Shown here one piece after another: positions 9,767 through 16,907 of a stretch of DNA of 64,000 nt. Every line of letters begins with the position of its first letter. Within the stretch, counting starts at the first letter, position 1. Below the pieces are notes generated by a model that worked only from the letters and a program-made list of their open reading frames with translations, made no database searches and was not told the origin of the DNA. The stretch spans positions 2,400,001 to 2,464,000 of the forward strand of contig OY820591.1 of assembly GCA_963555985.3 (NCBI GenBank). The letters run 5' to 3'. This stretch comes from Dehalococcoidia bacterium. GTDB taxonomy: Bacteria > Chloroflexota > Dehalococcoidia > Bin125. Made by a program: the position numbers and the translations under genes.

Positions 9767-10654
9767 ATGACTGAGCGATCGCCTTCGCCTGCTCCGCGCC
9801 CGCCGTTCCGCCGCAGTACGGCGGCGGCCTGGTTGCGGTTGCTGCGCCCGGTGACCGTGCTCGGGCTGGTGCTGACCGTGGTCGGCGCGACTCTGACCGC
9901 ATCGGGCGGGGAGGCGGCCTGGCATCAGGTATTGCGCTACGCGGTGGCGGTCGGGGCGCTGAGCGCGGCGGCGGCGATTTTCAACGATCTTGCCGACCGC
10001 GAGCGGGATCGGAACACGCGGCTCTGGCGTCCGCTGCCCGCCGGGCGGGTCAGCGCGCGGCAGGCGACGCTGGCGACGGCTGCGCTCTTGCCGTTTGCGG
10101 TTGGATTTAGCGCTTCCCTGGGTTGGCGCGCGCTGGTGATCGTGATTGCGATGGGTGCGGCGGCGGGGCTGTACAGCAGCGCGCTGCGGGGATCGTTCTT
10201 CGGTTGGGCGGCGTTTGCGCTGATTGGGGCGCTGCTTCCGGTCGGGGCGGCGGAGGCGGTTGGGGCGCAGATCGACCAGTTGTGGTGGGCGGTACCGGTT
10301 GGGGCGGCGAGCGGGATTGCGGCGTTTCTGATCTACAAGCTGCCGGACTATGAACGGGACGACTTTGCGGGAATGCGCTCGATTTTGCACTGGATGGGAA
10401 TTGACGCGGCCTTGCCGCTGAGTTGGGCGGCACTGGCGGCGGCGTTGACGCTGGCGGCGGCTTCGGTGAACGTCTCCGACGGCAACCTGGCTTGGGTGAT
10501 CGCTCCGCTGGTCTATCTGCTGGCGGCGGGGCTGGGCTGCATCGGGATGCTCTGGATGCAGGTGAGCGAGCGGCGGTTGATGTGGCAGCGCTGGCTGTTG
10601 GTACCGGGGCTGGCGGTGCTGCTGGTCTGTTGGTTGGGGGGGATGGGTGGATAG
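9767..10654 (+). CDS. UbiA-family membrane prenyltransferase
   Basis: NDLADRERD (NDxxDxxxD) followed by RPLPAGRVS, second Asp motif PDYERD, many TM segments. Confidence 0.85.
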   Translation: MTERSPSPAPRPPFRRSTAAAWLRLLRPVTVLGLVLTVVGATLTASGGEAAWHQVLRYAVAVGALSAAAAIFNDLADRERDRNTRLWRPLPAGRVSARQATLATAALLPFAVGFSASLGWRALVIVIAMGAAAGLYSSALRGSFFGWAAFALIGALLPVGAAEAVGAQIDQLWWAVPVGAASGIAAFLIYKLPDYERDDFAGMRSILHWMGIDAALPLSWAALAAALTLAAASVNVSDGNLAWVIAPLVYLLAAGLGCIGMLWMQVSERRLMWQRWLLVPGLAVLLVCWLGGMGG

Positions 10655-10720
10655 CGGAAAATTATTTTCGGGCGCGCGGGTAAGAACATCCAGTGTTTTA
10701 CGGGCGATCGTGCGATTCGG

Positions 10721-10850
10721 GTGGAAGGCGGTGGAAAGTCCTGGAAAGCCGGACTGTTTCGATTCTGATCGAATTTGTTTCATTTTGTTTCACTCTGTTT
10801 CATTTTGTTTCAGCTCGTTCGAGTCTGTTCGGGGCCGTTCGGGTCTGGTT
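10721..10850. repeat. 10-bp periodic degenerate tandem array
   Basis: TGGAA three times at 10-bp spacing, then seven consecutive decamers ending GTTT/GTTC (10771-10840). Confidence 0.75.
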
Positions 10851-11020
10851 TGTTGGTGTCGGGAGCGGTCGTTGAGGAATGGCTGGGAAGGGTGTGCGGG
10901 CATCGGAGGATCCGGGGCGGGCGACAGATACGCACAAATATACTGCGTTGATTGGTCGAGGGTAAGAGCGGGCCGGGGTGCGGCTCGGGGTTGAGTTGCG
11001 ATTGGGATTTGGGTGGTTCT

Positions 11021-11185
11021 GAGATTCCTGCCTGCGGAGGGCTTTGCGAAATTCCCGATCTGCGCGTTTCGTCGTTCTTGCGAAAGCGGGAATTTACGTC
11101 CCACTCGATACGCCGCATGGATTCCCGCGTTCGCGGGAATGACGGAAATGGGGATTTTGCACAAGCCTGCCTGCGCAGGAATGAC
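11021..11185. repeat. CGTC-tagged palindrome (family B) split by a MITE
   Basis: Removing the insert and one target copy restores GAGATTCCTG-CCTGCG-CAGGAATGAC. Confidence 0.85.
11037..11169. mobile_element. 133-bp MITE family 1, copy 1
   Basis: Imperfect TIRs GAGGGCTTTGCGAAA / TTTTGCACAAGCCTG; 6-bp duplication CCTGCG at 11031-11036 and 11170-11175; equal-length homolog at 12898-13030. Confidence 0.85.
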
Positions 11186-11272
11186 GGAGATGGAGGCGGG
11201 AGTGAGGGAAGTGGCGGTTCTGGGAACTTGGTATCGGTTAGGTTGCGCTTGATGAGCGCTTGGAGGGGACTG

Positions 11273-12841
11273 ATGGCTGAGCGTGGAGACTGGCAAGCTG
11301 AGGTTGACGAGCTGAACTTGCGGCGCAAGCTGGCGCTGAAGATGGGTGGGGAGGAGCGGGTTGCGAAACAGCGTGAGCTGGGGAAGTTCAACATTCGAGA
11401 GCGGATTGATGCGCTCGTTGATCCGGGCAGTTTCCATGAGATCGGCGGGTTGGCCGGGTATGGGCAGTATGAGGATCGGCGTTTTGTCGATTTCAAGCCG
11501 CTGCCCTACATCGGGGGTTTGGCCAAGGTGGACGGTCGGCGGGTGGTGGTGGGGGGTGAGGACTTCACGGTGGGGGGCGGGGCGGCGGATATCAGCACGC
11601 AGGAACGGTTCAAGAGCCTGTTCCTGGCGGATATGGCGCGTGAGTACCGGATTCCGCTGTTCGTGTTCCACGAGGGCGCGGGCGCGAATGTGGCAGCCGA
11701 GGGCGACGGTCACGGACACCTGCCGAGCAGCTTCGACGTGTTCGGGCCGGACATTCGCGCGGGTCAGGAAGTACCGCTGATCTTCGGCGTGGGCGGGGCG
11801 ACGGCTGGAGGCGTGGCGGCGCGGGTGATGCTTGGGCACTTCACGGTGATGACGCCGCAGGGGTCGCTGTTTGCGGGCGGGCCGCCGCTGGTTGAGCGGG
11901 CGCTGGGGCAGAAGGTGACCAAGGATCAGCTGGGCGGGCCGGACATTCACATCTCGCAGTCGGGGGCGATTGACAACCGGGCGGTGGATGAGCTCGACGC
12001 GATCGAGCAGATGAAGCGGTTCCTGAGCTACATGCCGCAGAACGTGTATGAGCAGCCGCCGTTCCGCTCGACTGGTGATCCGCCGGATCGGGAAGAGGAG
12101 GAGTTGCTGCGGATCGTGCCGCGCAAGCGGACTAGGCCGTACAACATGCGCAAGCTGATCAGGCTGTTGGTGGACGACGGCGAGTTCTTTGAGATCAAGC
12201 CGGAGTTCGGCGTGTCGGTGCATACGATCTTGGCGCGGGTGGGCGGTTATGTAGTGGGAATTGTGGCGAACAACCCGAACATGCTGGCCGGAGCGATGAC
12301 GGCCGAATCGGCGGACAAGCAGGGGCATTTTGTGGAGCTTTGCGACCATTTCCACATTCCGCTCGTGTTCGTGGCGGACGTGCCCGGGTTCATGCTCGGG
12401 CCACAAGCGGAGGCGACGGGGACGCTGCGGCACGGGATGCGAGCGTATTGGGCGACGTATCTGGCGACGGTGCCGGTGTTCACGGTGATCACGCGGAAGA
12501 ATTACGGGATGGCGGGCCAGGCGACGGCGAATGTGGGGACGATGAACTACCGCGTGGGCTGGCCGTCGGGGGACTGGGGATCGATCCCGATTGAGGGGGG
12601 CGTGGCGGCGGCGTACCGGCGCGAGATCGAGAGTGCGCCGGATCCGGAGAAACGTCGGCGAGAGATCGAGGATCATCTGCTCCAGTTCCGCAATCCGTTC
12701 CGCACGGCGGAGGCGTTCGGGATTGAGGACATCATTGATCCGCGCCAGACGCGGGCGTACATCCACCGTTTTCTCGAACACGCTTACGAGTCTATCTCGG
12801 CGAACGTAGGTGTCAAGGCGAAGGCCGGGGTTCGGCCATAG
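11273..12841 (+). CDS. Acyl-CoA carboxylase carboxyltransferase subunit
   Basis: MGGEERV, RERIDALVDPGSF, EDFTVGGG, GGPPLV, LGG..IH, DVPGF; ATG 11273 preceded by GGAGG. Confidence 0.92.
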   Translation: MAERGDWQAEVDELNLRRKLALKMGGEERVAKQRELGKFNIRERIDALVDPGSFHEIGGLAGYGQYEDRRFVDFKPLPYIGGLAKVDGRRVVVGGEDFTVGGGAADISTQERFKSLFLADMAREYRIPLFVFHEGAGANVAAEGDGHGHLPSSFDVFGPDIRAGQEVPLIFGVGGATAGGVAARVMLGHFTVMTPQGSLFAGGPPLVERALGQKVTKDQLGGPDIHISQSGAIDNRAVDELDAIEQMKRFLSYMPQNVYEQPPFRSTGDPPDREEEELLRIVPRKRTRPYNMRKLIRLLVDDGEFFEIKPEFGVSVHTILARVGGYVVGIVANNPNMLAGAMTAESADKQGHFVELCDHFHIPLVFVADVPGFMLGPQAEATGTLRHGMRAYWATYLATVPVFTVITRKNYGMAGQATANVGTMNYRVGWPSGDWGSIPIEGGVAAAYRREIESAPDPEKRRREIEDHLLQFRNPFRTAEAFGIEDIIDPRQTRAYIHRFLEHAYESISANVGVKAKAGVRP

Positions 12842-12857
12842 GGGTTGTGGTGGGACT

Positions 12858-13064
12858 CCCCCTCTGTCGCTGCGCGACATCTCCCTCCCCGCCTACGGAG
12901 GGCTTTGCAACATCCCCGAGCTGAGCGTTTCGTCATTCTTGCGAACGCGAGAATCTACGTCCCACTCGATACGCCGCATGGATTCCCGCCTGCGCGAGAA
13001 TGACGGAAATGGGGGTTTTGCAAAGGCCTCTCTACGCGGGGACAGGCTCCGCAAGGGGGGAGAG
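12858..13064 (+). repeat. RIME-like repeat containing a 24-nt hairpin insert that itself contains a MITE
   Basis: Sequential removal of inserts restores CCCCCTCTGTCGCTGCGCGACATCTCCCCCGCAAGGGGGGAGAG. Confidence 0.75.
12898..13030. mobile_element. 133-bp MITE family 1, copy 2
   Basis: TIRs GAGGGCTTTGCAA / TTTTGCAAAGGCCTC; flanks CCTACG and TCTACG; interior nearly identical to copy 1. Confidence 0.85.
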
Positions 13065-13075
13065 AGGATCGCGAC

Positions 13076-13131
13076 TTTGCAAAGGCCTCCGAAAGCGGAA
13101 ATGACGGAATTTGGGATTATGCGCAGGTCTC
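13076..13131. mobile_element. Orphan MITE ends (family 1 right TIR, half palindrome, family 2 right TIR)
   Basis: TTTGCAAAGGCCTC, then CGAAAGCGGAAATGACGG, then TTATGCGCAGGTCTC. Confidence 0.6.
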
Positions 13132-13190
13132 CTTAGAGGTTGTGGGGGATTGAGGGGAAAGTGAGCGTTTGTATCCGAGCAACGGCCTGA

Positions 13191-13233
13191 CCCCCTCCGT
13201 CACTACGTGACACCTCCCCCTGAAAGGGGGAGG
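13191..13233 (+). repeat. RIME-like repeat (family D)
   Basis: CCCCCTCC-GTCACTACGTGAC-ACCTCCCCCTGAAAGGGGGAGG. Confidence 0.8.
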
Positions 13234-13295
13234 AGAGACTAGGGGGAAGGGCTTAGACTCTTTGCAAACTCGTGTAGGCAGAAGGAGCTACTTCC

Positions 13296-13757
13296 ATGTC
13301 CGACATCTTCACGGTCGACCCGAATCTTCCCGACTGGATTCGCACGCATACGGAGCAGTACTTGCACTCCGGGGGCGCAGAGGGGCATATGTGGGATCGG
13401 CCCGACGGGTCGGGGGCGATTCCGTGTCTGCTGCTGGTGACGCAGGGGCGGCGTTCGGGCGAATGGCGGACGCTGCCGCTGATTTACGGGGAGTCGGACG
13501 GGGCCTACGTGATTGTGGCGAGCAAGGGCGGTCACAGGAGCCACCCGGCCTGGTACCTCAACCTCGACGCCAACCCGGACGTGCATCTGATGGTGGGGAC
13601 GGAGCAGTTTGAGGCGACGGCTCGGACTGCGGAGGGAGCGGAGCGGGACAAGCTGTTCTCGCTGATGGCGAAGGATTTTTCGCCGTATCTGGATTATGCG
13701 ATTCGGGCCGGGGGTGCGGGTCGGCAGATTCCGATTGTGGTGTTGGAGCGGAAGTAG
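13296..13757 (+). CDS. Deazaflavin (F420)-dependent nitroreductase family protein (DDN)
   Basis: LLLVTQGRRSGEWRTLPL, IVASKGG, HPAWYLNLDANP, RQIPIVVL; AAGGAG RBS. Confidence 0.93.
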   Translation: MSDIFTVDPNLPDWIRTHTEQYLHSGGAEGHMWDRPDGSGAIPCLLLVTQGRRSGEWRTLPLIYGESDGAYVIVASKGGHRSHPAWYLNLDANPDVHLMVGTEQFEATARTAEGAERDKLFSLMAKDFSPYLDYAIRAGGAGRQIPIVVLERK

Positions 13758-13765
13758 GCGGGGGA

Positions 13766-13836
13766 CCCCCTCTGTCCCCCCGCCTTCGCAGGGGCAGGCT
13801 CTACGGGACATCTCCCCCCGCAATGCGGGGGGAGAG
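13766..13836 (+). repeat. RIME-like repeat with a 23-nt hairpin insert (13778-13800)
   Basis: Removing CCCCGCCTTCGCAGGGGCAGGCT restores hairpin GTCCCTACGGGAC. Confidence 0.8.
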
Positions 13837-13905
13837 GGGAGCTTGGGTTGGGATGATCGGGGTACGTCGGTGATTCTGCGCCGCGAGCGGGAATTGGGTG
13901 GTTCG

Positions 13906-13932
13906 GGATTCCTGCCTCCGCAGGAATGACGG
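13906..13932. repeat. CGTC-tagged palindrome (family B)
   Basis: GGATTCCTGCCTCCGCAGGAATGACGG. Confidence 0.8.
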
Positions 13933-13976
13933 AATGGGAATTTCGCGGCACCGGGGACGACGGTGCAGATCACGGC

Positions 13977-14057
13977 GAGATACCCGCGACAAGCGCGGGT
14001 ATGACGGAGTTTTGGGCGCGGGTATGAGGGAGTTTTGGGCGCGGGTATGACGGGGTT
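13977..14057. repeat. Palindrome family A followed by 23-bp tandem repeats of its right arm
   Basis: GAGATACCCGCGACAAGCGCGGGTATGAC; unit GCGCGGGTATGA(C/G)GGAGTTTTGG at 13993, 14016 and partial at 14039. Confidence 0.85.
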
Positions 14058-14067
14058 GCAGGAGGGG

Positions 14068-15066
14068 TTAGACGTTGGCGACCTCTGGGAGGGAGGCTGG
14101 GAGGCCGATGTTGGCTTTGACTTCGGCTAGGACTTCGGCGGCGATGATTCGGGCTCGGCGTGCTCCGTCGAGGAGGATTTCGTCTACGGCGTTGAGGTCG
14201 GCGGCGAGTTCGGCTCGTCGTTCTCTCATTGGGGCGAAGTAGTCGTTGACGGACTCGGTGAGTTGCTTCTTGCAGTCGACGCAGCCGATGGCGGCTGTGC
14301 GGCAGGCGTCGGCGATTTCGGGTTGTTTTTCGGGGCCGAAGAAGCCGTGGAGGGTGAAGACGTTGCAGATTTCGGGGCGGCCGGGGTCGTTGCGGCGGAC
14401 GCGCTGGGGGTCGGTGATGGCGGTGCGGATGGCCTGGAAGGTCTCATCGGGGGTGGCGGCGATGTCGACGGCGTTGCCGTAGGACTTGGACATTTTGCGG
14501 TTGTCGAAACCGAGCACCATGGGCGCACTGGTGAGTTCGGCTTCGGGTTCGGGGAAGGTGTCGCCGAAGATGTTGTTGAAGCGGCGGACGATCTCGCGGG
14601 CGAGTTCGAGGTGGGGGAGTTGGTCTTCGCCGACGGGGACTTTGTTGGCGCGGTAGAGGACGATGTCGGCGGTTTGGAGGACGGGGTAGCCGACCAGTCC
14701 GTAGTTGACGTTTTCGGGCTGGGACTTGGCTTTCTCTTTGAAGGTAGGGACGTTCATCAGGCGGCCGATGGGGGTGACCATGGAGAGGAGGAGGTGGAGT
14801 TCGGAGATTTCGGGAACGTGGCTCTGGGCGTAGAGGATGGTCTCTTCGGGGCGGATGCCGGCGGCGAGCAGGTCGAGCGCGGTTTCGCGGACGTTCTGCT
14901 GCAACTCTTCGGTTTCGGTCAGCGTGGTGAGGGAGTGCAGGTCGACGATCGAGTAGATGCACTCGTACTTGTCCTGGAGGGCGACGAAGTTCTGGATGGC
15001 GCCGAGGTAGTTGCCGATGTGCTGGCGTCCGGTGGCGCGGATGCCGGCGAAGACTCGGTCCTGCAT
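14068..15066 (-). CDS. trpS: Tryptophan--tRNA ligase
   Basis: HIGNYLGA, VDLHSLT, YPVLQTADI, VPVGEDQ, KMSKS. Confidence 0.97.
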   Translation of the reverse strand: MQDRVFAGIRATGRQHIGNYLGAIQNFVALQDKYECIYSIVDLHSLTTLTETEELQQNVRETALDLLAAGIRPEETILYAQSHVPEISELHLLLSMVTPIGRLMNVPTFKEKAKSQPENVNYGLVGYPVLQTADIVLYRANKVPVGEDQLPHLELAREIVRRFNNIFGDTFPEPEAELTSAPMVLGFDNRKMSKSYGNAVDIAATPDETFQAIRTAITDPQRVRRNDPGRPEICNVFTLHGFFGPEKQPEIADACRTAAIGCVDCKKQLTESVNDYFAPMRERRAELAADLNAVDEILLDGARRARIIAAEVLAEVKANIGLPASLPEVANV

Positions 15067-15084
15067 GGCGATTTCCTCCGTTGG

Positions 15085-16785
15085 TTACATCTCGTCGGGC
15101 GCGTCGACGCCGATCAGGGAGAGTGCGGCGGCGAGCGCGGATTGGGCGGCGTGGGTGAGGGTGAGGCGGGCGGCGGATTGGCCGGGTTGTTGAGGGTCGA
15201 CGACGCGGCAGTGGTCGTAGAACTGGGTGAAGGCCTGGGCAAGTTCGAGGGCGTAGGTGGTGAGGTGATGGGGTTCGCGGCGGGCGGCCATGTCGGCGAC
15301 GAGCTCGGGCAGGCGGAGGATGGCGGCGATCAGGGCGTCTTCGCGCTCGTCGGTGAGTAGGGAGAGGTCGGCGTTGTCGCTGGCGACGTTCTGTTCGGCG
15401 GCGGTGCGGACGATGCTGGCGCAGCGGGCGTGAGCGTACTGGACGTAGGAGACGGGGTTCTGGCGGGGGTCTTGCGAAGTGGCGGCTTCGAGATCGAAGT
15501 CCATCTGGGCGTCGGCGGAGCGCTGGAGGAGAAAGAAGCGAGTGGCGTCGGCGCCGACTTCTTCGACCAGTTCGCGCAAAGTGACAAGTTCGCCGGTGCG
15601 CTTGGACATGCGGACGCGCTCCTGGCCTCGGCGCAGGTGGACGAGTTGGTAGAGGAGGACTTCGAGGTTGTCGCCGTCGCCGCCGACGGCGGTGACGGCA
15701 GCCTTGGTGCGGGCGACGTGGCCCTGGTGGTCAGCGCCCCAGACGTCGATCACGGTGTCGAAGCCGCGCTCGATGAACTTGTTGTAGTGGTAGGCGACAT
15801 CGCTGGCGAAGTAGGTGGGTTCGCCGCTGGAGCGGATGAGGACGTTGTCCTTGTCTTCGCCGAGGGCGTCGGAGCGGAACCAGACTGCGCCCTCTTTCTC
15901 GATCACGCAGCCGCCTTCGCGGAGGCGGGACATGGAGACGGCGTAGGGAGTTTCGTGGTCGGAGTGTTCGGTTGCGTGTCCGTAGAGGGCGCGTTCGGAC
16001 TGCCAGTGGTCGAATTCGACTCGGAGTTGGCGCAGGTCTTCGCGGATTTGGTCGACCATCAGCTCGAGGCCGAGGTCGGTGAGGGATTGGGGTGGATCGT
16101 CGCTGCTTTGCAGCCAGCGTTGGCCGTGATCGGCGGCGATCTGCTGGGCTAGTTCGACGACGTAGGCACCCTGGTAGCCGCCTTCGGGCAGGGGCGCTTC
16201 GTGTCCGAAGTGCTGGCGGTAGCGGGCGAAGAGGGTGCGACCGAAGAGGCGGATTTGAGCGCCGGCGTCGTTGACATAGTACTCGCGCTGGACGTCGTAG
16301 CCGGCGGCGTCGAGGACGGTGGCGAGCGCGTCGCCCAGCACCGCGCCGCGGCCGTTGCCGACCTGGAGGGGTCCGGTGGGGTTGGCGGAGACGAACTCGA
16401 CTTGGACACGTTGTCCGGCGCCGGCGTTGATGCGTCCCCAGTTTGCTCCGGCGGCGACGACGCTGCGGAGTTGGTCGCGTTTCCAGGCGGGATCGAGGCG
16501 GAGGTTGAGGAATCCGGGGCGGGCGACTTCGACGGCGGCGATAGGTTCGCTGCGGCTGATGCGGGCGGCGATGCGTTCGGCGACCTGCATGGGGGGCATC
16601 CGCACGGCTGAGGCGAGTCTGAGGGCGACGTTGCAGGCGTAGTCGCCGTGCTCGCGCTTCTGGGGGCGCTCGATTCGCAGTTCGGGCGGCGGGATCGGAG
16701 GGAGCGCGCCGTCGCGCTGGGCGTGTTCGAGCGCGAGTCGGATCGCGTCGGCGATCAAGTCGCGGGTGTCGGCGGTGTTGGTCAT
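15085..16785 (-). CDS. argS: Arginine--tRNA ligase
   Basis: GDYACN, EFVSANPTGPL, YYVNDAG, WGADH, MSKRTG, YVQYAHAR. Confidence 0.97.
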   Translation of the reverse strand: MTNTADTRDLIADAIRLALEHAQRDGALPPIPPPELRIERPQKREHGDYACNVALRLASAVRMPPMQVAERIAARISRSEPIAAVEVARPGFLNLRLDPAWKRDQLRSVVAAGANWGRINAGAGQRVQVEFVSANPTGPLQVGNGRGAVLGDALATVLDAAGYDVQREYYVNDAGAQIRLFGRTLFARYRQHFGHEAPLPEGGYQGAYVVELAQQIAADHGQRWLQSSDDPPQSLTDLGLELMVDQIREDLRQLRVEFDHWQSERALYGHATEHSDHETPYAVSMSRLREGGCVIEKEGAVWFRSDALGEDKDNVLIRSSGEPTYFASDVAYHYNKFIERGFDTVIDVWGADHQGHVARTKAAVTAVGGDGDNLEVLLYQLVHLRRGQERVRMSKRTGELVTLRELVEEVGADATRFFLLQRSADAQMDFDLEAATSQDPRQNPVSYVQYAHARCASIVRTAAEQNVASDNADLSLLTDEREDALIAAILRLPELVADMAARREPHHLTTYALELAQAFTQFYDHCRVVDPQQPGQSAARLTLTHAAQSALAAALSLIGVDAPDEM

Positions 16786-16907
16786 GTCGTTACTCAGCGT
16801 AAGGCCGCGCAGTGTCTGCGCAGAGGGTCAGGATAATCGGAAGGCGGCGGGGGCGCTGTTGCGTTGGTGTCGTGCGCCTGCGTAGGAATGGCGGCAAGGG
16901 GAGGGTG

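Noticed and set aside
10952-11272. N-terminal extension of the carboxyltransferase ORF
   Set aside because: Runs through the MITE/palindrome nest; homology and an SD begin at 11273
10790-12880. 696-aa minus-strand ORF
   Set aside because: Antisense shadow of the carboxyltransferase; Arg/Pro/His-rich with no motifs
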